Assembly: GCA_040901675.1 (NCBI GenBank)
Contig: JBBDYJ010000032.1
Span: 263,371-327,370, forward strand
DNA from: Pirellulales bacterium
GTDB taxonomy: Bacteria > Planctomycetota > Planctomycetia > Pirellulales > JAICIG01
Length of the DNA: 64,000 nucleotides
Direction of reading: 5' to 3'
Both the position numbers and the translations under genes were made by a program. Below the pieces are notes generated by a model. That model saw only the letters and a list, made by a program, of their open reading frames with translations, ran no database searches and was not told the DNA's origin. Every line of letters begins with the position of its first letter. Positions within the stretch are counted from its first letter, which is position 1. Positions 29,739-39,260 of the stretch are shown one piece after another.

Positions 29739-31201
29739 CCGATATACCCCAGGCCGCTCAGTCGCTGGCGGATGATTTCTTCGTCCGCTTCCGAGACGCC
29801 GCTGGGCACCGGCATCGAGGCGGGCCCGGCGGCGGCGAGCGAACGGCCTTGCATCGAGGCGGGCACGTCGTAGCCGGCCAGCTCGAGCAGCGTGGGAGCC
29901 ATGTCGAGCAAACTGGCCCGCTTCACCTCGCCATGGATGGCTTGCCCGGGCGCCGCCAGGATGAAGGCGCCGAACTGGGCGTGGTTGCAGTCGTCAGGGC
30001 CGGTGTCGTTCTCGTGCACGTGGAATGCCCGATAGCCGAGGCCGCCGACCGACCGCCAGTACAACCCGCCGAAGTGCACGATCAGGTCGGGGGCGACGTT
30101 TTTAACCTCGCGATAGAGCTGCTGGGGCTTGTAGACCAGCGTGCCCATGAGGCGGCCGGCGTCGTCGGTGGTCGCCTCGAGCCGGACCGCCAGATCGTCG
30201 CGGACCTTTTCGTAGTCGGCCGGGTCGATGATGCCTTGCGGCTCGCGCCCCTTCACGTTGAGAAAGACGCGGGCGTAGTATCCACCCTCGCTCCAAGCGG
30301 TGGTGCGGCCCCAGTCGATTTCCAGCCCGGTGACGGGAGTTACCTGGTCGGGATACCGGTGCAAGGCGAGATCGCCCTGGTCGAAGAGCCACTCGTTCAC
30401 GCAAAAGCCGCCGTCGAGGCGCTGCGCGCCGTGATCGGACAGCACCAGCACGGCCGTTTCCTCGTCGAGCAATTCCAGCAGGCGGCCGACCTCGTCGTCC
30501 AGATAGAGGTAGTAGTCGCGGATCACCTGCTCGTATTGGTTGCCCGGCTGATAGTCACGGTGCTCCGGGTCGTGGTACTTCCAGAAGCCGTGCTGGATGC
30601 GGTCCAGGCCGATCTCGACGAACTGCAGGTAATCCCAGGCGGTGTCCCTCGCCAGGTGCCGGAGCACTTCGAAGTGCTTGCGGGTCATCGTGTAGATTTC
30701 GTCTTTCAGCCAGTCCTTGTAGGGCGTGCGGAAGCCGCGGACGTCGACGGGATAGTCGCCGACCAGCCGGGCCACGTCGTCGGCCAGCGAAGCCGGGTGC
30801 GTGTACACCCGCTCGGCCGTGTCCGGCGTGAGAAAGCAACCAATCGAGACGCCGCTCGTTTTCCGGGGCGGATAGTTGGGGGGCACGCCGACGACGTGGG
30901 CCCGCTTACCCTCGCGGGCCACCTGGTCCCAGATGGCGAGGTCCTGGATCGACCGCGAATTGACGATCCCCAGGCCGTCGTACGAGTAGTCGTTCCGGTT
31001 GCGGAAGCCATACACGCCGAGCGACCCCGGATCGCGGCTGGTGGCCATGCACATCCAGGCCGGCACCGTGATGGGCGGGATGATGCTTTCCAGCCGGCCG
31101 TGGCAGCCGGCCTCCATCAGCCGCCTCATGTTGGTCAAGCGCGGCTCGCCGAGCAACAGCTCGGGCGCCGCGCAGTCGAGTCCGATGACGAGCACTTTCA
31201 T
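29735..31201 (-). CDS. Alkaline-phosphatase-superfamily phosphodiesterase/nucleotide pyrophosphatase
   Basis: VIGLDCA, PPITVPAW, DRIQHGFW, SDHG, NH and RLSGLGY motifs. Confidence 0.9.
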   Translation of the reverse strand: MKVLVIGLDCAAPELLLGEPRLTNMRRLMEAGCHGRLESIIPPITVPAWMCMATSRDPGSLGVYGFRNRNDYSYDGLGIVNSRSIQDLAIWDQVAREGKRAHVVGVPPNYPPRKTSGVSIGCFLTPDTAERVYTHPASLADDVARLVGDYPVDVRGFRTPYKDWLKDEIYTMTRKHFEVLRHLARDTAWDYLQFVEIGLDRIQHGFWKYHDPEHRDYQPGNQYEQVIRDYYLYLDDEVGRLLELLDEETAVLVLSDHGAQRLDGGFCVNEWLFDQGDLALHRYPDQVTPVTGLEIDWGRTTAWSEGGYYARVFLNVKGREPQGIIDPADYEKVRDDLAVRLEATTDDAGRLMGTLVYKPQQLYREVKNVAPDLIVHFGGLYWRSVGGLGYRAFHVHENDTGPDDCNHAQFGAFILAAPGQAIHGEVKRASLLDMAPTLLELAGYDVPASMQGRSLAAAGPASMPVPSGVSEADEEIIRQRLSGLGYIG

Positions 31202-33081
31202 ACCAGCGGCTCTCCTTCCATTGCGTGAGGGATGGGGGCGCCCAGAGCGGCCAGGATCGTGGGGGCCAGGTCGGTCAGGCGCGCCTTGGTACGGAATGGC
31301 CGGTTCATCAACAGCACGCCCGGCACCAGCAGCGGATCGATGATGTGGTCGCCGGCCCAGCGGCGGGTGTTGTCTTCGAAATGCCCCTGCGGCACGCCGC
31401 CCAGCGTCGTGGCCCAGGAACAGCGGTAACCTTCGGCAAAGTTGACCACCAGGTCAGGTGCCTCGGCGGTGTACGGACCACGATAGACTTCCTCGCGCGC
31501 CAGGGCACTGCGCACCGCGACGCGGCTGGTTTGGGGATCGACCAGCCCAGACAGCGTGCGCGCCAGTTGACTCTTGAGCGGCTGCGCTTCATCGGCGCTC
31601 ACCGTGCCCTGAGCCTCGCGCCCGGCCAGATTGAGGTAAACGCCCCCCAAGCCCAAGGCATACGCCTTGGTGCGGCTCCAATCGACGTGATGGAAGAAAT
31701 CGCCGGCCTCGTCGCCAGGCCGCATGTTGGGCTTCATGGCCAGGAGCCCCTGGTCGTGAAGCCAGGTGTTCAGGTGCATGCCACGGCGAAAGCTGTTGAA
31801 GCCGTGATCCGACATGGCGATGACCAGCGTGTTCTCGTCGGCCTGGTCCAACACCTGCCCGGCCAGCGTGTCGCAGCGGCGATATTGCTCGTCGATCACC
31901 CCCTCGAATCCCGCACGCAAGCCGGCAGACTGGTTGGCCGGGTGATCGGGCTCCGTGAACCGCCAGAACATGTGCTGCACGCGATCGGGCGTGTCGAACA
32001 AGCAAAACAAGAGGCCCTCGTCGAGCCGGGCCAGCTCGTCGAACAGCATCGCCTCCCGCTGTCGCCAGACCTGGCCGCACTGGTCGAGGAAGGCCTCTTC
32101 CGTGATGCGGCCGTTCGAAAGGCCGGCGTGGTCCTCGATCATGCCGGCGGTGTAATACGCGCCCAGCCGCGACTCCAGCTCGGCCGCATACTCCGCGGGG
32201 AAGCTGATGGGGAAGATGGGCGCCTGTGGATCGAAGTTGAGCGGCGAGGCGTAGAGCTCCAACGGCTTGCCACGGACCAGGTAGAACCGCACCATGCCGC
32301 GGGCCGACTGCAAGAGGCCGGGCTTGAACTTGACCTTCAGCCACTCGCTCCAGCGGCCCTCGACCAGCTCCAGCTCTCGCGGCTCGCCGGTGGAACGCAC
32401 GACGACACGGTCCGGCGTCTGACCGGCCTGGACGTGAATCTCGAACTCGGCCGGCCTGCGGGTTTTGCCGTTCAGCGGGCCGAGCAGATGGGTCGCAATG
32501 TTGCCGTGCTGGTCGGGGACGACGCGGACCACGGCTTCGCCCTCGCGGGGCTTGATGCCTTCGGCCGTTGTATAAAAGGTCGAGGTGCCGAGCCCACCGC
32601 GGAGGTCGGGCACCCCCATGCCGCTGAGCAAGCGCCCTCGCACGTCGCCGGCGGGATAGGTGCAGGGGCAACGCAGCACGACCGACGGCAGGCCATGGTC
32701 GGCCAGGGCATCCCAGACGGTTTTGCCGCGGCGGAGATTGACGGCCTTGGGCGGCAGGAAGGGGTTGGTTTGCTGGTAGCGGTTCAGCGCGAGCTGCGGC
32801 ATGTAGGTGCGCGGGTCGCGCTGGATGAAGTCGAAGATGCCGTGCCCGCCCGGGTTCACTCCGGTGGCAAACGTCGACCAGGCCACGGGCGTCTGGGCCG
32901 GGCAGGTGGTGGCGAGGCGGGCGAAGTTGCCTTGCTGGCGAAGCCTGGCCATGTTCGGCAGTTCGCCCCGCTCGATCAGCCGCTCGACCAGCTTCGGCTC
33001 GAGGCCGTCGAATCCCACGACGACGACTTTACGGATGTTTGGCACGGCAGGCAGGCAACTGGGGGCGCGAGGGGGTTCCAT
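31198..33081 (-). CDS. Alkaline-phosphatase-superfamily phosphodiesterase/nucleotide pyrophosphatase (long form)
   Basis: VVGFDG, PAQTPVAWSTFATG, GHGIFDF, DRVQHMFW, SDHGF and GDH motifs; start taken at 33081. Confidence 0.9.
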   Translation of the reverse strand: MEPPRAPSCLPAVPNIRKVVVVGFDGLEPKLVERLIERGELPNMARLRQQGNFARLATTCPAQTPVAWSTFATGVNPGGHGIFDFIQRDPRTYMPQLALNRYQQTNPFLPPKAVNLRRGKTVWDALADHGLPSVVLRCPCTYPAGDVRGRLLSGMGVPDLRGGLGTSTFYTTAEGIKPREGEAVVRVVPDQHGNIATHLLGPLNGKTRRPAEFEIHVQAGQTPDRVVVRSTGEPRELELVEGRWSEWLKVKFKPGLLQSARGMVRFYLVRGKPLELYASPLNFDPQAPIFPISFPAEYAAELESRLGAYYTAGMIEDHAGLSNGRITEEAFLDQCGQVWRQREAMLFDELARLDEGLLFCLFDTPDRVQHMFWRFTEPDHPANQSAGLRAGFEGVIDEQYRRCDTLAGQVLDQADENTLVIAMSDHGFNSFRRGMHLNTWLHDQGLLAMKPNMRPGDEAGDFFHHVDWSRTKAYALGLGGVYLNLAGREAQGTVSADEAQPLKSQLARTLSGLVDPQTSRVAVRSALAREEVYRGPYTAEAPDLVVNFAEGYRCSWATTLGGVPQGHFEDNTRRWAGDHIIDPLLVPGVLLMNRPFRTKARLTDLAPTILAALGAPIPHAMEGEPLV

Positions 33082-33144
33082 TGCCGAACGTCCGCGGCGG
33101 CCGACGCGCACCGGCTGCTGCGGCCGTGGGCCGGCCGGGCCTGC

Positions 33145-33300
33145 TCAGCGGCGAACGATCAGCCGCACGCATTTTCCGGCGGCCCGGCGCACGTAACCGC
33201 CAAACATCAGCAGCAACCCGCCGAGCGCGGCCAGGGCCGAGGTCACCGGCACCACCGTTTCGGGGCCGATATACGCCAGCAAGTAAGGGCCGAACGACAT
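33145..33300 (-). CDS. Small membrane protein with an AYIGP motif (51 aa)
   Basis: Translated by hand: MSFGPYLLAYIGPETVVPVTSALAALGGLLLMFGGYVRRAAGKCVRLIVRR*; GC-rich third positions; one TM helix plus a basic tail; below the ORF-track cutoff. Confidence 0.7.
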   Translation of the reverse strand: MSFGPYLLAYIGPETVVPVTSALAALGGLLLMFGGYVRRAAGKCVRLIVRR

Positions 33301-33468
33301 CGGGGCGAACCCTCGGAGCCACGGGAGATCGGTTCCATCGAAACTCTAGGACGCCCGCCAAGGAATGCAAACCGGCAGGAAATCCCGGCCGCTCCGGCTG
33401 CCGAAGAGGCGGCGTCGGCATGGTCGCGCGGGCCGGCCGCGGCTGGTGAATTTTTCTTTGTTTTTTTG

Positions 33469-33530
33469 TTGACTTTGCTCCCAGGTCCACTACGATAGAA
33501 CCAAAACTAAAGAACCAAATATCAGGTTCT
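33469..33530 (+). promoter_or_regulatory. sigma70-type promoter and candidate BlaI operator
   Basis: T-tract, then TTGACT-N16-TACGAT (33469-33496), then AGAACC (33497 and 33511) and GGTTCT (33525) forming direct and inverted repeats. Confidence 0.55.
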
Positions 33531-33550
33531 CGCGAACCGCTAGGTAATCC

Positions 33551-33934
33551 ATGGCCCGCCCCCCCGCCAAAGAACTGACAGAGCGCGAGCTGGAAGTCAT
33601 GCAAGTCTTCTGGAAGCGCGGCGAGTCGACAGTGGCTGACGTTAAGGAGGAACTTGCCACGTCCGGCCTGGACCGGGCCTACACGACGATTGCCACGCTG
33701 GTCAGGATCCTGAGCGATAAAAGCTTTCTGGAGCAGGCCAACGTGGAGCGACCCTTCCGCTTCCGGCCGGTCCGGTCCTACGAAGAAGTCTCCGGCCGGC
33801 TGCTGGGCGACATGATCCAGCGGGTGTTCCAGGGCTCCCGTGAGCAGTTGCTGGTGCGGCTGATCGAGCAAAAGAAACTCTCGTCCAAGGAACGATCGCT
33901 GCTGGAAGACATCTTGAAGGAGCAGCGCCGATGA
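33551..33934 (+). CDS. BlaI/MecI/CopY family repressor
   Basis: LTERELEVMQVFW, AYTTIATLVRILSDK and VFQGS motifs. Confidence 0.93.
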   Translation: MARPPAKELTERELEVMQVFWKRGESTVADVKEELATSGLDRAYTTIATLVRILSDKSFLEQANVERPFRFRPVRSYEEVSGRLLGDMIQRVFQGSREQLLVRLIEQKKLSSKERSLLEDILKEQRR

Positions 33935-36783
33935 ACGCACTTGGCATCGCACTGGTATGGGGGGCGGTTCAGGTTACGCTGTTCACGCTAGTCGCAGCGG
34001 CCGTGTACTGCGTGGCACGCCGGCGCGGCCCTGCCGCCGGATCGCTGGCGGCCCTGTCCAGCCTCGTGGTGGTCCTGGGGATCTCCGCGTTGACGCTTTC
34101 TCCCTGGCCCCGATGGTATAACCTCGCCGGACAGAAACCGCCGGACACAGAACAACACGTCCGCTCGTCGCCGGCCAGCCGGACAACCGCTGGGCAAGGG
34201 GCGGCTGCCGCCGGTGCCGCCGACCCGGCTGCCGGTCCGGGTGAAGCGGCCGGATCCCGTGGGCCGACTCCCCACCAGCAATTCTTCTATAACGAGGCCT
34301 TCTGGAACGCGCTCTGGGATGAGCTGCGCTCAGCCCCGCCGCAAGCCGGACGCCAGGCGGCTTGGCGCTGGCCGGCCGGGTTGGCCCTGTTTCTGCTGGG
34401 CGGCATGGGGCTGGGCCTCTGCCGCCTTGTCATCGGGTTGGCCGCCGTCCACCGCGACCGGCGGCGCACTCAATTGATCGGCGATGATTCGTTGAGGTGC
34501 TTGGCCCGCCAAATCGCGCAGGCCATGGGCTGCCGCCGCGCCATCGAGCTGCGGCATTCGTCGCGGCTTGCGACGCCGGCCACGTTCGGATGGCTGAGGC
34601 CCACGGTGTTATTGCCCGACGAGTGGCGGCAGTGGACGCCCGAGGAACGGCGGGTGGTTTTGGCGCACGAGATCGCTCACATCGCCCGCCGCGATTACCT
34701 GACCTGGATCGCGGCACAATGCAGCCTGGCCTGCCACTTCTACCACCCCCTGGTGCATTGGCTCGTGGGCCGGCTGCGATTCGAACAGGAACTGGCGGCC
34801 GACGCGCTGGGGGCGCAGTTCTCGGGAGGCCGGCAGCCGTACCTGACGACTCTGGCCCGGATGGCTCTTATTCAAGACAACCGGCGGGCAGCCTGGGCCA
34901 CGAGGCCCTTCCTGCCCAGCCGGGGCATGCTCTTAAGGAGAATCGAAATGCTTCGCTACACCAATCCGCTACGTTATGTTTCGTTGGCGCCGTGGCCGCG
35001 AGCCGCCTTGATCGGCGTCCTGATCGCGTCCGGGCTTTTCATGGCTGGCCTTCGCGGCCCGGCGGGCACCGCCGTCTTGGCCGAGCCCGTGGACGAAACG
35101 AGCCCACGGAAACCATCGGCTCTTGCTCAGGTAGAACGTGCCACCGATCGACGGCCCTCCCTGAACCAGGCAGGCGCCGGTTCCACCACCGACTCGTCAA
35201 TCGACCTGAGGTATGTGCCCCAGGACAGCCTGGCTCTGATTATTGCCAAGCCGGCGGAGATTCTCAGCCGGCCGCAAGCCAGACAATTTCTTGACGCGTT
35301 GAACAACAAGCTGAGCCTGGAGGCGGACCACGGACTGCCTTTCGACAAGCTCGAAATGGTTCAAATCGCCGTTGTGCAAAACAGGGCGCCGGCGGCGCCG
35401 CCCGGCCGTCGATTGACGCCGCAGGAGGCCTTCGCTCGCCAGTCACCGGCGGCGGTCTTCATCTTGCGAAGCAGCGGGCCGCAAGATTGGAGCAAGTTCA
35501 CCAGTGCGGTCGCGCCGAAGGCCGACGAGGCCAGCTACCTGGGGCAGACGTACTTCAAGACCGCGGCGCCGGCCGACCTGGCATATTTTACGCCCGACGA
35601 TCGGACCATCGTGCTGGGCGGCCAGCGCCAGGTGATGGCGCAAATCCTCTCGGCCCGGCGGCCGAAGCAGCACGCCTGGGCCGCGAAGCTGGAGCGGATG
35701 TCCGGCAGCCCACTGGTGGTCATGGTCGATGTCAAGGCGGTGCGTGGCGTTCTCCCCCAGCCGAGGTCCCAAGGCCCCCAAGGGGCCCTCTTCGCCGCGT
35801 TGGCTCCGCTGTGGGAGGACATCGACACGCTGGTCGCGGGCGCCAAGCTGGACGAGGGACTGGTGGTTGAGGCGATTGCCGCCTGCCAATCAGCCGAACA
35901 GGCCCAACGGGTGCAAGAAACCGGCCAGGCCGCGATCACGCTGGCGCGCAACGCTTTCGGCGAGATCAAGAAGCAGATGGCCGCCGCACCGCCCGAGGCG
36001 GCCGGCGCCATGCTGTTGTTTGCCGAGGCCGCCGAAGAGCTTCTGTCCACAGCGCAGATCGAGCAGGGACAAGACGATCCCAACACCGTGCACGTGGCCG
36101 CCGCCAGCAGCCTGGATGCTTTGGCCGCCTTGCACACGTTGCTGCCGGCCGTCGGTTCTGCGCGGCAGGCGGCCGGGCGCGCCCAAAGCGCCAACAACTT
36201 GAAGCAGATCGCGCTGGCGATGCACAACTACCACGACGTGCACGGCAAGCTGCCCTCCGCGGTCGTGCTGGGACCGGACGGCAAGACGCCCCATAGTTGG
36301 CGGGTTGCATTCTTGCCGTACCTCGATCAGGCCGAGCTGTACAAGCAATACCGCATAGACGAGCCGTGGGACAGCGAAAACAACCTGAAAGTGTTGGAGA
36401 AGATGCCGGCGGTGTTCCGCGCGCCCGGCGCCGATCCCAACAGCCACAACACGTCGTACTTCCTCCTGACGGGCGAGGTGACTCCCTTTGACGGCAGTCG
36501 ATCGACCCGCTTCAGTGAGATCCGCGACGGCACGAGCTACACGATCATGGCGGTTGAAGCTCGCCGCGACATTCCCTGGACCAAGCCGGAGGACATCGCC
36601 TACGACCCGGACAAGCCGCTGCCTGAGCTCGGCGGCTACTTCAGCGGCGGGTTCAACGTCGCCATGATGGACGGGTCGGTGCGGTTTCTCTCCACAAGCG
36701 GGCAGGGACAGCCGGCCATCAGCGAGAGCATGCTGCGGGCCCTCTTGACCATGGCGGGCGGCGAGGCCGTGCAGCTCCCATAG
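33931..36783 (+). CDS. BlaR1-type M56 peptidase fused to a periplasmic region and a C-terminal DUF1559 domain
   Basis: PATFGWLRPTVLLP, HEIAH, FYHPLVHW and ELAAD (M56); SANNLKQIALAMHNYHD, SWRVAFLPYL and FNVAMMDGSVRF (DUF1559); ATGA overlap with blaI. Confidence 0.9.
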   Translation: MNALGIALVWGAVQVTLFTLVAAAVYCVARRRGPAAGSLAALSSLVVVLGISALTLSPWPRWYNLAGQKPPDTEQHVRSSPASRTTAGQGAAAAGAADPAAGPGEAAGSRGPTPHQQFFYNEAFWNALWDELRSAPPQAGRQAAWRWPAGLALFLLGGMGLGLCRLVIGLAAVHRDRRRTQLIGDDSLRCLARQIAQAMGCRRAIELRHSSRLATPATFGWLRPTVLLPDEWRQWTPEERRVVLAHEIAHIARRDYLTWIAAQCSLACHFYHPLVHWLVGRLRFEQELAADALGAQFSGGRQPYLTTLARMALIQDNRRAAWATRPFLPSRGMLLRRIEMLRYTNPLRYVSLAPWPRAALIGVLIASGLFMAGLRGPAGTAVLAEPVDETSPRKPSALAQVERATDRRPSLNQAGAGSTTDSSIDLRYVPQDSLALIIAKPAEILSRPQARQFLDALNNKLSLEADHGLPFDKLEMVQIAVVQNRAPAAPPGRRLTPQEAFARQSPAAVFILRSSGPQDWSKFTSAVAPKADEASYLGQTYFKTAAPADLAYFTPDDRTIVLGGQRQVMAQILSARRPKQHAWAAKLERMSGSPLVVMVDVKAVRGVLPQPRSQGPQGALFAALAPLWEDIDTLVAGAKLDEGLVVEAIAACQSAEQAQRVQETGQAAITLARNAFGEIKKQMAAAPPEAAGAMLLFAEAAEELLSTAQIEQGQDDPNTVHVAAASSLDALAALHTLLPAVGSARQAAGRAQSANNLKQIALAMHNYHDVHGKLPSAVVLGPDGKTPHSWRVAFLPYLDQAELYKQYRIDEPWDSENNLKVLEKMPAVFRAPGADPNSHNTSYFLLTGEVTPFDGSRSTRFSEIRDGTSYTIMAVEARRDIPWTKPEDIAYDPDKPLPELGGYFSGGFNVAMMDGSVRFLSTSGQGQPAISESMLRALLTMAGGEAVQLP

Positions 36784-36797
36784 CCGTTCCTTTCGAA

Positions 36798-36932
36798 GAG
36801 ATTGTCCGAGCGGCTGGTCCGCTCGCCGAGTGCGTCGCAGCCGTGCGTCAGGACCACGTTGGGCATCCCCGGCGTGCCGCTGTTGTCTTCGCTGGTCAGC
36901 CAGCCCGCATCATTATACCCGAAAGCATAATC
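36798..36932 (-). pseudogene. Rhs/YD-repeat core fragment
   Basis: DYAFGYNDAGWLTSEDNSGTPGMPNVVLTHGCDALGERTSRSD resembles two YD repeats (YxYDxxGxLTS). Confidence 0.6.
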
Positions 36933-37027
36933 TTGTCGTCGTATCGGCTGCCCGCGCCGGTGATTTTGGTCGCGGCTCAATTCAAAAAATGGCTGTAAAC
37001 CGCCCAAAAAGTAGAATGTCCCCTTTT

Positions 37028-37699
37028 TCATCCCATGCGACGAACACAATCCCAGTCGATCCAGTCTGCAGAATCCCAGAAATCATGCGGAAAACATCCG
37101 TCGGGAAGGTCGGGGAGCAACGCCGACTTTACCGATTCTTCTGAGAACCTGGAGGGAAGAGCTTTCAAACATTCCTTGACTATATGAATCGTACCCCTGA
37201 AAAAGGTGTCAAAGTCAACATCAGCGACCCCATACTGTATCTCACGCAACACCCAGTACGCACTCGTTCGCAATTCCGCCGAGTTTTGAGAGTCCAGCAC
37301 TATTCGGGCGACAAACAGCGATGCGATCGGATCCTTCGTCGAACTCAAAGCGCGGCCAAGAACGCAAATCGATGCGTCTCGAATCGAATCGTCCGCGTCA
37401 GATTCCGCAATCGATCGGCACGCCTCAAGGACACGAGGTTCAGAAGCGGCGTGCCATACTTGCTCACAGATCAGAATTGCAGCGAGGCGTGTTCGGTAGT
37501 TGGGTGCCGATAGAAATGCGAGCGCCGCTTCCTTGCTTCGGTTCATTTCTTCATAATGCGCTCCCGCCAAATCTCGTGGCGTGGCAAAGCGGGCATCCGT
37601 TGGGCCGGATGTGTTAGAACTGTTTTCTGAATTGTTCAAAGTAGAGTTCTCAGAGTTCTCCCCCCAGGCGCGTCGGCTTAGTGGGGGCGGCCGCTGCAT
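37028..37699 (-). CDS. HEAT-repeat-like hypothetical protein, possible toxin immunity protein
   Basis: FLSAPNYRTRLAAI...DADDSIRDASICVLG...NSAELRTSAYWVL helical repeats; lower GC; start uncertain. Confidence 0.55.
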   Translation of the reverse strand: MQRPPPLSRRAWGENSENSTLNNSENSSNTSGPTDARFATPRDLAGAHYEEMNRSKEAALAFLSAPNYRTRLAAILICEQVWHAASEPRVLEACRSIAESDADDSIRDASICVLGRALSSTKDPIASLFVARIVLDSQNSAELRTSAYWVLREIQYGVADVDFDTFFRGTIHIVKECLKALPSRFSEESVKSALLPDLPDGCFPHDFWDSADWIDWDCVRRMG

Positions 37700-37709
37700 G
37701 GTGCGCGGA

Positions 37710-39041
37710 TCAAACCTCGTCGAGCTTGGGCAACAGCCAGGGCGAGCGGTACTCGGGCCGCGTCACGTATTGATTGGCGTCGTCGTCGCCGATGAAACGG
37801 TAGTTTTCGGAGTCGAACCGCAGGGTGCGGCCCGCCCGCCAGGCTGCGTTGCCCAAGTGGCACAGCACGCTGGAGGGGTGGCCCACGGTTTCCAGGTCGG
37901 CCGCCGGCTTCTCGCGGCTGCGCATGCAGTCGATGAAGTTCTGCGCGTGCACGGCATCGTTGTAGCTGCCGCTTCCTTCGGCCGCGGGTTCGCCCCGCGG
38001 CCCGAAGGCCCGCCAGCGGCCGTTGCCGATCACGATGTACCCCTTGTCACCGTACACGGCGGCCCCTTCGCTCTCCGACTCCATCGGATAAGGAGTCCAG
38101 ACGCGCATCTCGTAGGTCAGCACCCGTCCGGGATAATCGAAGCTGACCTGCAGCGTGTCCGGCCACTCCTGGGCGTCGTCGAAATAGTACTTTCCGCCGG
38201 CGGCCGACACGCTCCGCGGGAATCCCAACGGCCCCTCGCCGGCCGCGGCCATCGCGGTGTCCAGCGCCCAACGGGCCATGTCGAGCCGGTGGACTCCGTC
38301 GTTGCCCAGGTCGCCCGTGCCGTAGTCGAAGAACCACCGCCAATTGCCATGGAAGCGGGCCGGATTGAAAGCGCGCGCTTGCGCGGGACCAAGCCACAGG
38401 TCGTAGTCGACGCCCGGCGGCGGTTGCCCGTCGGCCGGGTGGCCGATCGACCCCTGCCGCGAGCTCTCCCAGGCCTTGGCCACCAGCGCACGGCCCAAGT
38501 GGCCGGCCCGGATATACTCGATGGCGCCGGCCATGTGCTGGCCGCTGCGCGACTGCGTGCCCAACTGCACGATGCGGCCGTGCTTGCTGGCCGCCGCCAC
38601 CATGGTGCGCCCTTCGAGCAGGTTGTGGCCGTCGGGCTTTTCGACGTAGACGTCCTTGCCGGCCTGGCAGGCCATGATGGTGGGCAAGGCGTGCCAATGG
38701 TCGGGCGTGCCCAGCACCAGGGCGTCCACGGCCGGATCGTCCAGCGCCCGGCGAAAGTCCTTGATCGCCTCGGGCCGGTGTGAAGCCTGCGAGACCGAGG
38801 CAACCTTCTCGGTAAGTACCGATTCGTCCACGTCGCAAACGTACTTGACGTCGACGTCCGGCAGCGAGGCAAACGTGCTCAATAGCGATCCGCCCCGGCC
38901 CCGCACGCCGGCGACCGCCACGGTCACGCGGCCGTTGGCCAGGTCCTTTGCTCGTGCTCGGTCGGCTCGAAGCGCCCCGCTTGCCACGGCCACGGCGGCC
39001 GCGGAACGCGTGGCGCTGGCCAGAAAATCACGTCGGTCCAT
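37710..39041 (-). CDS. Tat-exported Gfo/Idh/MocA oxidoreductase
   Basis: MDRRDFL twin-arginine signal; TPDHWH, DVYVEKP, QLGTQSRS and GNDGVH motifs. Confidence 0.93.
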   Translation of the reverse strand: MDRRDFLASATRSAAAVAVASGALRADRARAKDLANGRVTVAVAGVRGRGGSLLSTFASLPDVDVKYVCDVDESVLTEKVASVSQASHRPEAIKDFRRALDDPAVDALVLGTPDHWHALPTIMACQAGKDVYVEKPDGHNLLEGRTMVAAASKHGRIVQLGTQSRSGQHMAGAIEYIRAGHLGRALVAKAWESSRQGSIGHPADGQPPPGVDYDLWLGPAQARAFNPARFHGNWRWFFDYGTGDLGNDGVHRLDMARWALDTAMAAAGEGPLGFPRSVSAAGGKYYFDDAQEWPDTLQVSFDYPGRVLTYEMRVWTPYPMESESEGAAVYGDKGYIVIGNGRWRAFGPRGEPAAEGSGSYNDAVHAQNFIDCMRSREKPAADLETVGHPSSVLCHLGNAAWRAGRTLRFDSENYRFIGDDDANQYVTRPEYRSPWLLPKLDEV

Positions 39042-39118
39042 GAGGTGGCTCCTTACTTGAAGCGAGTGCGGACACTGCCAGGCGGCCCGATCACCTTGCC
39101 CTTCATGCTCCACAAATA

Positions 39119-39181
39119 GCAGCCGTCACGCTGGGCGTGACGCAGCTTCCTCACGTCCCGGCGCGCCGGGATGAGGGCTAC
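39119..39181. repeat. Pair of inverted REP-like palindromes
   Basis: gcagccgtcacgctgggcgtgacg followed by gcttcctca...tgagggctac (GTAG on the minus strand). Confidence 0.65.
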
Positions 39182-39260
39182 TTTACAGCCGGAAGTATAA
39201 CCCCCGACCAGGCCGCCAGGCCAGCTAATCGGCGATTCGCGGCCGCTGAAAGAGGGCCGA

